From: an uncultured virus (IMG/VR IMGVR_UViG_3300035520_000941)
Taxonomy: Duplodnaviria > Heunggongvirae > Uroviricota > Caudoviricetes
Virus record (IMG/VR): IMGVR_UViG_3300035520_000941
Strand: one strand, 5' to 3'
Length of the DNA stretch: 64,000 bases
In this document: one piece after another, positions 48,422 to 58,950 of the stretch
Layout of the letters: every line of letters begins with the position of its first letter
Position numbering within the stretch: position 1 is the first letter of the stretch
Notes under the pieces: model-generated
Databases searched by the model: none
Told to the model about the DNA's origin: nothing
The model's input: only the letters and a program-made list of their open reading frames with translations
Position numbers and translations under genes: made by a program

Positions 48422-48880
48422 TTAATCCTTTGCCTTGTCTTTTTTGACTTTTCTAGTCGTTCGCTTTTTAGCAACTGTTTTTTTGCCTTTGCTATCATCA
48501 TTGTCATTTGATACTGGTTTATTCTCATCTGCTTTTTTTGAACATTTACAGTTACATTTCTTGATTTTTTCAAATTCATCAATAGCATTACTTAATCTTT
48601 CAATTTCATATTTTTGTTTGACTTTGGTTTTTTCTAGCCTTTCAATTTCATTATCTTGTTTGACCTTGATTTTTTCTAACAATACAATTTGTTCATTCTT
48701 TTCTTTCAATTCTCTTTTAAACCTACATCGTCCTTGTTCCACAATGTCATACTGGAGTTGCAAGTCCTCGTATTTTTTCTTAATCAATTCAATCTCTTTC
48801 TCTAATAAATCGTTGTGCCTTTTCAATGACACATTAGCCTTACTTAAATCTTCAATCATTTTTTGCTTTTTGCCTAACAT
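48422..48880 (-). CDS. Coiled-coil protein with basic tail
   Basis: RBS; internal repeat LEK.KVKQ..EIERL. Confidence 0.7.
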   Translation of the reverse strand: MLGKKQKMIEDLSKANVSLKRHNDLLEKEIELIKKKYEDLQLQYDIVEQGRCRFKRELKEKNEQIVLLEKIKVKQDNEIERLEKTKVKQKYEIERLSNAIDEFEKIKKCNCKCSKKADENKPVSNDNDDSKGKKTVAKKRTTRKVKKDKAKD

Positions 48881-49065
48881 TATATAAATTCTCCCTTCCT
48901 ATAAGCATTTTTCCATTTAATGCTATACTTTCATTATAATGCAACTACTATTATATTGTCTAACGTTATATTGTCGTTTTGAGTGCAATTTGACAATTTA
49001 TGTATAAATATGATAACATTTTAATTGTCTACTTGCTAATTAAATAAAAAAGGAGTGAATAACGG

Positions 49066-49704
49066 GTGAAGAATAACACTAGATTTATTAAATCAGTTAT
49101 TGTGATAGGCTTTTTATTTACAACAATAAGATTTAATACAGTAAGCACTTTTGGAGATTATGAATTAAATGATGTAGAAAGAAATAATTATGTAGAAGAA
49201 ACAATAAGTATTGAAAGTGCAAAAGAAGTTACAATAACCAAGCCAAAGATTGAGTTAAAAAAGATAAGCCTTAAAAAGAAATTTAGTGGTGTGAATAAGA
49301 CTTATATGGATTTGAAATGTATTACCAACAAATCATCTAAACAATACAAGATGAAAAGCGATTACAAATTGGATAGCAAAGGACATTACTATATCAATTA
49401 TAAGGACGAAAAATTCTATGTTGTGGCTTTAGGAAATTATTTTGGTAAGATTGGAGATAAGTTTAAAATAACATTATCATCTGGAAAAACCTTTTATGCA
49501 ATTAAAGGTGATACGAAAAGCAATAGACACACAAAAGAGCGTTACGCTCATAAAACAGATGGAAGTGTTATAGAATTTATCATCAATACGAAAGTCGCTA
49601 AGAAATATTATGGGTCGAACAATGGGTATGTATGCAACGGAAATTTAAACAACAGCGACTTGTGGAATGGAAAAATCGTGAATATATCAAAAGTAATTGA
49701 ATAA
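49066..49704 (+). CDS. Secreted/membrane-anchored cell-wall-hydrolase-like protein
   Basis: N-terminal signal; TYMD, YVVALG.YF, GDKF.ITL, IKGDTK, GSVIEFI motifs. Confidence 0.5.
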   Translation: MKNNTRFIKSVIVIGFLFTTIRFNTVSTFGDYELNDVERNNYVEETISIESAKEVTITKPKIELKKISLKKKFSGVNKTYMDLKCITNKSSKQYKMKSDYKLDSKGHYYINYKDEKFYVVALGNYFGKIGDKFKITLSSGKTFYAIKGDTKSNRHTKERYAHKTDGSVIEFIINTKVAKKYYGSNNGYVCNGNLNNSDLWNGKIVNISKVIE

Positions 49705-49730
49705 ATAACAAAAAAACATTATAATAATAA

Positions 49731-49876
49731 TGTGTTATAAGGACTAATTTCATATTGACTTTTTCTTCTTTTTGTATATATTTTTGATTACCTTTATATT
49801 TTTCTGTTGTTTTCCATTTTCCATTTTTAACCTTATAACGCACATGAGATACACATTAATTTGTGTATCTTTTTTT
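49731..49876 (+). ncRNA. Candidate ~145-nt sRNA with 88-nt U-rich loop
   Basis: TTGAAT-17-TATAAT; 12-bp closing stem; AGATACACA/TGTGTATCT terminator. Confidence 0.65.
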
Positions 49877-49949
49877 AATGATTAAAAAAATTTGATATAA
49901 TTGTTAAAAAAGTGTTGACTTTTCATTTACAATAGTTTAACATTAAATT

Positions 49950-50347
49950 GTCAAAGGGAGTTACCTAAGACAAAACGATTGTAAGAGTGACAACTGTATT
50001 ACAATCTATGACAACAAGGATAGACTTGTCGGCTAGGGCTTGCAATAGGTCGTTAAAAGGTGTAGAGCAAGCGAACTTAACTGTGTTGTGAAAGTTGAGT
50101 TGCCGTAAATCGGTGGGAGTGAAAACGTAGTATATTTCCTAAACGGCAGGACGTTATAATGCTTATACATTCTAGTCACTGTATAAGATACGTTTGGATA
50201 AGAGCATTGATTACTAGGCACGTTATAAGATTGGAAATGCAAGTTAGTTGTTCTTGTAGACTAATACCAATTACGTTGTGAGGGCAAATAAAAAAACAAC
50301 CCATTATCGAATTAAGATACACAAATAAAAAATGTGTATCTTTTTTT
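49950..50347 (+). ncRNA. ~395-nt multi-helix non-coding RNA
   Basis: TTGACT-17-TAACAT promoter, terminator 50314-50347, at least 8 helices, no ORF. Confidence 0.7.
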
Positions 50348-50425
50348 GCTTATTTGTTAAAAAAGTGTTGACATATACCACAAAAAGTATTATCATATAG
50401 GTGTAGAAAGAAAGAGGGAAGAAAT

Positions 50426-52315
50426 ATGAGAAAAGAATTAGAAAAAGAATTAAATATCTTAGGTATCAGTTATGATACTATGAAACAGTTTAAAACTGGT
50501 GAAAAAGCAGATAAGAAATTGAAAGAAAGATATTTAAAAAAATTAGATGAATTGGAAAATTCATTTGATACATTACATAAATATCAAATTATCAGTGACA
50601 GAAAATATTATGAATACATTGATATGATTTACGATTTGAGTATGTATATATTAAATGATAAATAATAGAAAAGGAGAGATGAGTAATGGAAACAACAAGA
50701 CAAAAAATTGAAAGACTAGGTAGAGAATACTTAGAAGATGAAAATTATAAAAAGGGGTTTATCAGTTTAGAATGGGTTGAAAAATTAAATAAAGAATTAA
50801 ATTTAACAAAACTTAGCGATTTAGAATTGGCGAATATGTGGGATATGGTTTATCTAACATTAGACCACAAATTCAATTATTATGATGGTAATGAAAATTA
50901 TATAAACGCTATTAAATGGATGGATGTTAAATCAGCATTTGTTGAAGTAGTTAATAAAATAGCAAGAGAAAGAAGATAATCGAAACTAGCCAATGGCTAG
51001 TCCAACAGAGATGACCTACTGTTGCTGATGAGATAGGTTGAGAGGAGATAAAAAAATTATGAAAAAGAAAGAATTAATTAAAAGAATTAAAATTGAAGTT
51101 AGTGAATATTTTGAATATGATGATAGATTTATTGATGAATTTATCCGTTCATTTTCAAAAAACGAATTGAGGAAAATCAAAGAATTTAATTTCCACATGA
51201 AAGATTATGATGACTATTCAAGAAATAGTTGCATGGTTTTTCATGAAGATGATTATAATGATTTTAGAGTCGACTTTGAAGATTAAGGAGGAGAAGAAGA
51301 TGAAAAAAGTATTAATTGGTTTAAGTTTATTTATGATTTTATTGTGGGATAGTTTAGCACTACTTACTATTCAAAAAACAACAACAGAAAGCAAAAATAC
51401 AACTGTTGTTGAAGTGCTTGATTTGATGAGTGATGATGAAAACATTATCATCAAAGACAGCAACTTATGTATTATCTATAATGGTTCTGTAGGTAATACA
51501 AAAGAAGATTTATTCAATAAAGATGTTGATTGCTTAGGCACAAGTGATGATACAGAAATGACAACTTGTATCATAATTAAATAAAATTGAAAGTGAAAGT
51601 ATTTATGATGTTTTAAAAAATTTTAAAAAGGAGTTAAAAATATGAAAGTAATTGATTTGTTTGAAATGGTTGGAGAAAATACAAATATTGATTTAATCTT
51701 TAGCGAAAGTAATGAGGTTGTATCAAGATATGATGGAAGAAATAGCATTGATGAAGAATATAATGATAAAGAAGTTATTTCTTTCAATCCCAATTGGATT
51801 ACAAAAACATTAGAAGTGATTATTGAATTATAAGTAAGTAATACTTACTAAAAAACAAAGGAGATAGAAAAAATGGAAAAATATAAATTAACAAAATTTG
51901 ATTATGAGTTATTAAAAAGATTAACTGGTTGTTACATCGAAATAATTGATAAAGGGATTATTAAGGCATATGACAGATTTAACATATTTGAATTAAAATC
52001 ATCGGGCTTAAATCGTCTTAATAAATTACCGACATATAAATTATTGAAAGTTGATGATATTTTAAATAATTATATATTGGACTATGATTAATTGGAAAAG
52101 TGGTAAAGAAAATGAAATACAGATTTAGAATTAACAATTCACAAAAGGGAAAATATCTCCCAAGAATTAATGGACTTGTTGAAAATGTTGAAGTTTTAGA
52201 TAAAAATGAGATTTATATTACAACTATTGATATAACACAAAACCAGTTGCAAATGATACAAAAAATCTTTTTTGGAATTACAGATAGGTCAAAAAGATTT
52301 GAAGAAATAAAATAA
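50426..52315 (+). CDS. Run of small early hypothetical genes (50426-50665, 50686-50979, 51038-51286, 51300-51584, 51642-51833, 51873-52091, 52100-52315)
   Basis: Tightly packed ORFs with RBS after a TTGACA promoter at ~50368. Confidence 0.65.
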
Positions 52316-52443
52316 AGGAGATACGAAAAATGAAATTGAAAATGAGTTTAAAGATGAAGTTAATGGAGTTATTATTTATAGGTTTATTTAGTGCGTTGTT
52401 TGTAGGAACAATGTACATTATGCTAATAGCAAATTAGAAAGGA

Positions 52444-52788
52444 ATGAAGAAAATGAGAGATTACATAGCAGAATTTAAAGCCTTGACTAAAGGCACTAGA
52501 TATAGTGATAGTGAAGAACTTTACATGGCTTTTAGACACATGGGAGTTGAGGGAGAAAGATTTGTGAACATGGTTATTGAAAACGACTTGAATGTTTCAC
52601 AAAGTCCATATTCCCAAAGTATCTATGCTTATAAAGGTGATGATGATATCACATGGAATTATAAGCCACAAGATAGTTTAAGAATTAGTGACCATTGGAA
52701 TTTTGATGGACACTGTATCACAAGAGATGGTATTAAGCGTTGTCTTATGATTTGCAAATATGACAATGGTATATATACAAGAATTTAA
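52444..52788 (+). CDS. Conserved hypothetical protein
   Basis: QSPYSQS.Y...KP.DSLRISDHWNF motif. Confidence 0.7.
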   Translation: MKKMRDYIAEFKALTKGTRYSDSEELYMAFRHMGVEGERFVNMVIENDLNVSQSPYSQSIYAYKGDDDITWNYKPQDSLRISDHWNFDGHCITRDGIKRCLMICKYDNGIYTRI

Positions 52789-53314
52789 TCATGAAAGAGA
52801 GGAAAAGGAAAAAATGGAAAGAGAAAAGAATTTAAAGAGAATTAAGAATGATTATGGATTGGTTTTAAGATGGACTAATGGCGATGAAACAACGGATACC
52901 AAGTACTTCTTGGAAAATATCCATACACATGGCAACTATTATATTGATGATGTTGTTGCTATTGATTTCATTAAAAGCGTAACTGTAAATGGATTTAGAA
53001 ATGGTGAACGTGTATATGATAATTACATTGAATTGTTCAACATTCTAAACATTGAAAAGTTGCCTACATTTGGTGATGTGTTAAAACTTAATAAAATGAG
53101 TGGTAACAGATTGTCAAAAGAAACAAATACACCACGAATGACAATTTCAAATATTGCATGTGGGAACGTGAATGTTTTAAATTCACAATTTGGTTTTGTA
53201 GTAACGATTTGTGAAGTATTGGGTATCAATCCACAAGATTTATACGATTACTTGACTTTACATAAGTACGAAAAGAATTATTGTAAAATCAATATAATTG
53301 GCATTAAGGGATAA
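52760..53314 (+). CDS. Protein with C-terminal XRE HTH (start probably ~52814)
   Basis: MSGNRLSKETNTPRMTISNIACG...ICEVLGI. Confidence 0.65.
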   Translation: MTMVYIQEFNHEREEKEKMEREKNLKRIKNDYGLVLRWTNGDETTDTKYFLENIHTHGNYYIDDVVAIDFIKSVTVNGFRNGERVYDNYIELFNILNIEKLPTFGDVLKLNKMSGNRLSKETNTPRMTISNIACGNVNVLNSQFGFVVTICEVLGINPQDLYDYLTLHKYEKNYCKINIIGIKG

Positions 53315-53349
53315 AGGATATCTTAAAGCATATAAGTTATACTTAGAAA

Positions 53350-53365
53350 TGTTTCATGTGAAACA
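53350..53365. other. parS: parS site (Spo0J/ParB binding)
   Basis: Intergenic TGTTTCATGTGAAACA, 15/16 to TGTTNCACGTGAAACA. Confidence 0.8.
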
Positions 53366-53371
53366 ATTAAT

Positions 53372-54631
53372 ATGAAAGAGAAGAGAGGAAAATTGATGAA
53401 AGATTGTGAAACTAACTTCTGTATTAATGATGATTATGCTAGAGAAATTTCAATTAGTAGTTTAAATTGTGGCATATCAAAAGCAGAAATTGTAAAATTT
53501 AAAAAGAATGGCTCATTCTCTATAAAATTAGATGGAATAGAATTTGCCAATAAAGTTATTTCATTTGAGATAAAAGAGGGAATAGGTGGAGCAACAGAAT
53601 TAACACTCACATTTCCAATACTAGATTTAGAAATGAGAAGTGAATAAAAATGAATGGGATTAAAATTTTGTGGCTTTTTATATTTATTATAGGTGTGCCA
53701 CTAACAGTTTCATTAATATTATTAATTTATGAATATTGTCAATTGATTAAAGAAAGGTGATGTTATGAACATGATAGATGACGTAATGGAAAGAATATTA
53801 ACGGGGAAAGGAGAAAACAATGATTTTATTACATTAAATAATTATATGTATTATTGTTTTACAAATGAAGAATTAGATTTGATTATATGGAAATTTAAGG
53901 AACTTGAAAGTGTTTTAGGGATGGATGTTTCATTTCTGCTATGGAAGGCAGAACAACAAAAGAAGTTCCTTAAAGAAAGGGAAATGGAAATTGAAGTTGT
54001 TTATTATGATTAATAACAAATTGACTAAACTGATTTAAAAAAGTAGAAAGGATTAGAAGAATGATTAAGACAGACAATTTAAACGAATATATAGCATTAT
54101 CAAGTTTAATCAATTATTGTGAAAGTAAAGATTGTAATAGATGCGTGTTGTATAATGTGGTTTGTAGATTTATTCCAATATCATTTGAAAAAATGAAATT
54201 AGATAAAGAACAAAATGAGATAATGAAAAACACGTTAAAAAATTCTTACAAACAAGAACAAGAAAAACAAAGTGAAGAAAAAAGTGAGGAAAAATCGAAC
54301 AATGAAATTATATGACATGTTAAATGATACGCTTTTTTATCAAAAAACAAGAATATATTATTGCGATTGTTTTGGGAGATACATCCCAATATTTAAAGGT
54401 AAAGTAAACAACGCAAGAGGTGATGTAGATGAAGTATGGAGTCACCTTAAAGATGATATTGATATTTACTTTTGTAAAAATGACACATTAATTATTTTTA
54501 CTAAAGATGAATATTATGAAGTTGGATTAGATAAAAGATACGCAAATTCATCACAATGGAACGAAAAAAATAGACCTTACAAAAAGTATTCAGAGATTAT
54601 GGGAGAAATAAATAATGATGAATTATTGTAG
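53372..54631 (+). CDS. Run of small hypothetical genes (53372-53647, 53765-54013, 54061-54315, 54302-54631)
   Basis: Co-directional ORFs with RBS. Confidence 0.6.
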
Positions 54632-55042
54632 AAAGAAAGGATATGAGGTGAGATGAAATTTAGAAAGAAACCTGTGATTGGTGAAGCATTATATGTATAA
54701 GACATTAATAATATTAGCAATATTAAACATTATTATATTTTTATTAATGATTTTAAATGTTGATAGTTTGGTTATTGAAACATTTTATAAAATTATGAGT
54801 GGCATAACGTTGGCAATTGCTATCTTTGTGCTTTTTTATGAATGGGGTAAACCATAAGAATAGAGGTAAAAATGTATGACACTAGAAGAAATGAATTATT
54901 TACAAGAAAAATATGGCATTGAATTTATGCCAGATATGGACAATTTGGAAAATTTGAACAAAGAGCAAGTAGAAAAGCAAATGCAAACATTAAAAGAGGT
55001 ATTTATGAATATCTATAATGATGAGGGAGAAGATGATATTTA

Positions 55043-55420
55043 ATGGATAAAATGAACAAATATGAAACGGCAATAAATGAACTTGTTAGCATTGCATACG
55101 GAAATTGTAGATTATCTAAAAATGGTATTGCATGTGAAGAATGTTTAGATATAAATAATTGCAAATTTAGAAAAACCATTAATATATATAAAGATATATT
55201 AATAGAACTTATCGACAACCCACCATTAAAAAAAGAAGATTTAAAAGATGGCATGTGGATTTGGGATAACAAAGAAAAAGTTTATATTGAAGTTGGTTTT
55301 GATGATGATAATGATAAATGGGTATTCTATTTCTATGATGACCCTTTGTTTGATGTAATGTATGCTTATCCATTAAAATTAGAAGATGAAAGATACTATA
55401 AGAGAGGAGTGAAACAATGA
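55043..55420 (+). CDS. Hypothetical protein, paralog of 55417 and 58951
   Basis: PLKKEDL..MWIWD...RYYKR. Confidence 0.7.
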   Translation: MDKMNKYETAINELVSIAYGNCRLSKNGIACEECLDINNCKFRKTINIYKDILIELIDNPPLKKEDLKDGMWIWDNKEKVYIEVGFDDDNDKWVFYFYDDPLFDVMYAYPLKLEDERYYKRGVKQ

Positions 55421-55794
55421 AATTGAATGAAGAAGAATACTTAGATATAATTAATTTTATTGAATTTTTTTATGTTGATAATTTGCAAGCAACAGCAGGA
55501 TTGCGCAAAGAAAAATCTAAAAGTTTACAAGATAAAGATACTAAAAGCATGAAAGATAAACTAAATTTATTGAGGGATTTAGTATATGAATACTTTGATA
55601 CCCAACCTTTGACTTTTAAAGAATTAAAAAATATGCTAGGTGAATGCGTTTATGATAGTAAAAAGAAAAAATTAACATCAATTACTTTAGTAGGAACTGA
55701 CCTTTTAATGTTTAAAGATAATGATAGTTTATTTTATATAATCCCTAGTTACGAATGTAATAATAGATTTTATAGAAAAGAGGTTGAAAAATGA
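55417..55794 (+). CDS. Hypothetical protein, paralog of 55043 and 58951
   Basis: MKLNEEE...EYFD.QPLTFKEL...VYDSK...RFYRK. Confidence 0.7.
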   Translation: MKLNEEEYLDIINFIEFFYVDNLQATAGLRKEKSKSLQDKDTKSMKDKLNLLRDLVYEYFDTQPLTFKELKNMLGECVYDSKKKKLTSITLVGTDLLMFKDNDSLFYIIPSYECNNRFYRKEVEK

Positions 55795-55893
55795 AAAATT
55801 TTGAAAAATTTGAAGATGAAATAAAACGTTATGGCTCATATTTTGGTATAAACAAAATAACAGGAAAAATAGGAAAAATAGGAGGAACAAAAA

Positions 55894-56319
55894 ATGGGCG
55901 TAACAATTGAAAACAAAAACAAATCCATTGATATGGGCTATGGCGGTTTTCATCGTCTTAGAACGAAAGTTGCTTATTTGACAAATGAGGAATTGGGAAA
56001 GTTCTATGAAAAATCCGTTGAAGGAATGGGGTTGCTTGATGAAGAAAGAAAAAAATTCTACAAAGAATATGATGAAAGATTAAACCAAATTGATAAAGAA
56101 TTGAATGTTTCACCGTACATCTTAGATTTTTTGTATGCTTCAGATTGTGAAGGAAAATTATCAGCAAAACACTGTAGAAGAATATACAATGTCATCAAGG
56201 ATTATGATGACGATGTCTTATATGGATATTGTGGAAGACCTGATTGTGCCAAATTCAAAGATTTTAAGGCAATAGTCAAGGATTGCGTTGACCATAATAT
56301 TCAAATGCGTTGGTGGTAG
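55894..56319 (+). CDS. Conserved hypothetical phage protein
   Basis: GYGGF..LR..VA; FLYASDCEG. Confidence 0.75.
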   Translation: MGVTIENKNKSIDMGYGGFHRLRTKVAYLTNEELGKFYEKSVEGMGLLDEERKKFYKEYDERLNQIDKELNVSPYILDFLYASDCEGKLSAKHCRRIYNVIKDYDDDVLYGYCGRPDCAKFKDFKAIVKDCVDHNIQMRWW

Positions 56320-56794
56320 AAGAAATATAATAAAAAAAGGAGATAAAAAATGAGTTATTTTAAACATCAAAAATTAATCAGATTAAAATTAACGAACAGA
56401 ATGTTCAAAAAATACCATATAGATGAAATATGTCCCGATAATTTTCTTTTTGATAAGGAGATTGAATATGAGGGAACAGATAAAGAAAGATATTTTAATG
56501 AAAATCCTAGCAAGACTAGAACTAGAAAGAACTTCTTCACAATGCCACCTACCGATTAAAAGATAGAAATAATAGCAAAACAAAAGACGAATATTTACAA
56601 GTCTTAAAAAAATTTAAAATGGACTATATTTATCAAGATAAATCGTATAAAATGGAAACATACATTAATGAAAATTTTGAAAAATTAATGCAAACGATAT
56701 ATTCTATCAATAATATCTATGAACATGATGATTGGATTGATAAATAATCGTTTATAAACATTAAGAAAAGAATAAAAGGAAAAGGGAGAAAAAT

Positions 56795-57910
56795 ATGAAG
56801 ATAAACATTAACAAAGATGAATTACTTGAAAACTTAAGAAAGGCAAATATGATTGTCAATAAAAGCCACCCTAACGAAGTGCTAAAAAACGTATTAATTG
56901 ATATTAAAGGTAGCACAATGGATTTAACGACAAGTGATGGAACAATGCGAACTATATTAAGTATTGAAGAAATAAATAGTGACGAAAATACAAGTTTTTG
57001 TGTCAATAGTCAATTGTTCTTAGATTGTTTGAAGAAGATTAATAAAAATGAAGTAACAATCAATACTAGTGATAAAGATTTTATCATCAAGAGTGGAAAT
57101 AGAAAGTTTAAATTGAATATTATTAGTAGTGATAAATACCCTAATTTTGCTGATAATGAAAATATTGGTATCATAATTATAAATGCAAACGATTTATTAA
57201 GAGGTGCTATGTCAACAGTTAAAACAGCCTCAAGAAATGAAACACGACCTATCTTAACTGGTATCAATCTAAGCAATAGCGAAGATTTAAAAAGCATTGT
57301 CTTAAGTGCAACAGATAGTTACAGATTATCAAAAATAACATTGCCAATTAGTAACAAATTAAATAAAAATATAAACGTTACTATTCCATATCAATTTTTT
57401 GAATATTTAAACAAAGTCATTGATGATAGCGAAGAAGAAGTTACAATCTTATTTAATGATACTGAAATAAAACTTGAATATAAAAATCAATATATCACAA
57501 CAAGATTAATTGATGGAAGTTATCCTAACATTAATAGAATTTTACAAGGTGAAAGAAGAAATAGAGTTAAAATCAACAAAGAGTATCTAAATGATATGAT
57601 TGAATGTTCATTCTTTAAAGATGATAAGAATTATATTATCACAATGGATTTTGATGATAATAAAATGACATTATTAAACAAGAATAACGAAATGGGCGAG
57701 TTTAAAGAAACTTATGAGATTGAACATAATGGAAATAATTTAAGCGTTTCCGTTAATGGTGAATACTTGAAACAAGCATTAAGCACATTTGAGAGTGATT
57801 ATGTCAATTTATATTTTGAGGATACACCTTTAAAACCTTTTGTAATTGTTGGTTGTGAAGATGTTGATAGAACGCTTATTCAATTAATGTTGCCAGTAAG
57901 AACGTATTAG
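56795..57910 (+). CDS. dnaN: DNA polymerase III beta sliding clamp
   Basis: 371 aa; TRPILTG, ATDSYRL, RLIDGSYP, NGEYL, LMLPVR. Confidence 0.95.
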   Translation: MKININKDELLENLRKANMIVNKSHPNEVLKNVLIDIKGSTMDLTTSDGTMRTILSIEEINSDENTSFCVNSQLFLDCLKKINKNEVTINTSDKDFIIKSGNRKFKLNIISSDKYPNFADNENIGIIIINANDLLRGAMSTVKTASRNETRPILTGINLSNSEDLKSIVLSATDSYRLSKITLPISNKLNKNINVTIPYQFFEYLNKVIDDSEEEVTILFNDTEIKLEYKNQYITTRLIDGSYPNINRILQGERRNRVKINKEYLNDMIECSFFKDDKNYIITMDFDDNKMTLLNKNNEMGEFKETYEIEHNGNNLSVSVNGEYLKQALSTFESDYVNLYFEDTPLKPFVIVGCEDVDRTLIQLMLPVRTY

Positions 57911-58046
57911 CGTATATTCAAAAATGCTGTTTTAAGGCATTTTAAGGGTTTTTAATTAAACACTATAAATTTATAAAGGAATAATAAAACGCTTGTCAAA
58001 AGCGTTTTAAACGCTGTTTAAGAGTAAAAAGTAAGGGAGTGGCAAC

Positions 58047-58730
58047 GTGAAAAGATATTATGTTTTAGACAAGAAAGATATTACAAATATTGTTGATGTT
58101 GGAGATAAGAAAACATTAATGAAAAAGTATAATTTTGAAGATGAAAAGAAGTTTATTTATGTAACAACTATAGGAACTGAATTTAATGGATATTATTTTA
58201 TTCCTACAGATGATGACAAGATACAAAGAGATGAGATGTTTGAGGACGTTTTATTTCATGTGAACGAAAAAGCAAATATTAAATATTATGTTAATTGCAA
58301 TGGCTTTTTCTTTTCTATTAATCAAAAAGGGCAAAAAAGAATGTTAAACCCGTGGTATGATAAAAGTTGCGATAAGTTGAAGTTAAAAATAGGCAAAAAA
58401 GGATATTATTGTGCCACGTTGATTGCTAAAACATTTAGAAAAGATGAATATAATGAAAAAGATATTATTTTGTATAAAGACAACAACCCCAAAAACTTAA
58501 ACTATAAGAATTTAGTTTTTGTAAGCAAAAGTTTCTTTGTAAACAATATTGCTAAAAGACATCCAAAAGCACGTAAATTAGGTGTATTTGATGAAAATAA
58601 TAATTTAATTAAACAATATGATAGTATCAGAAAAGCAAGTAAGGATTTATATGTTGATAGAAATTGCATTGTTGCAATCTTAAAAGGAAAAACTAAACAT
58701 AAAATGTTTGATATTAGATATATAGAATAA
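58047..58730 (+). CDS. Degenerate HNH / NUMOD1 protein
   Basis: LIAKTF, YKDNNPKN....NL, YDSIRKASKDL. Confidence 0.6.
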   Translation: MKRYYVLDKKDITNIVDVGDKKTLMKKYNFEDEKKFIYVTTIGTEFNGYYFIPTDDDKIQRDEMFEDVLFHVNEKANIKYYVNCNGFFFSINQKGQKRMLNPWYDKSCDKLKLKIGKKGYYCATLIAKTFRKDEYNEKDIILYKDNNPKNLNYKNLVFVSKSFFVNNIAKRHPKARKLGVFDENNNLIKQYDSIRKASKDLYVDRNCIVAILKGKTKHKMFDIRYIE

Positions 58731-58755
58731 TATTAATCAATTTTATGAAAAACAC

Positions 58756-58931
58756 TTTACATGGTTATATTTTGGTATTATAATAGTAAATGTAAATTAA
58801 ATAAAAAAGTCCAACAAGAATGAATGGGGTCATTCAAGTGAACTTTACAAGAGTATTTTATCATATAGATAATAAATATTCAATGAATTTCTCACTTAGT
58901 GAATACCCTTTCATTTAAGTGAGATTTTTTT
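58756..58931 (+). promoter_or_regulatory. Promoter + attenuator leader of replication operon
   Basis: TTTACA-17-TATAAT; terminator TCTCACTTA/TAAGTGAGA+U7; antiterminator 58819-58841. Confidence 0.75.
58799..58848 (-). ncRNA. ~50-nt antisense countertranscript of the attenuator
   Basis: TTGAAT-17-TAAAAT with extended TG (58855-58883); AAGTTCA/TGGACTT stem + U-run. Confidence 0.7.
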
Positions 58932-58950
58932 GTAGGAGGGAGGAAATTTT

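Noticed and set aside
56350..56748. Programmed frameshift joining 56350-56559 to an open -1 frame ending ~56748
   Set aside because: No clear slippery site or recognisable domain; a decayed gene or deletion junction is equally likely
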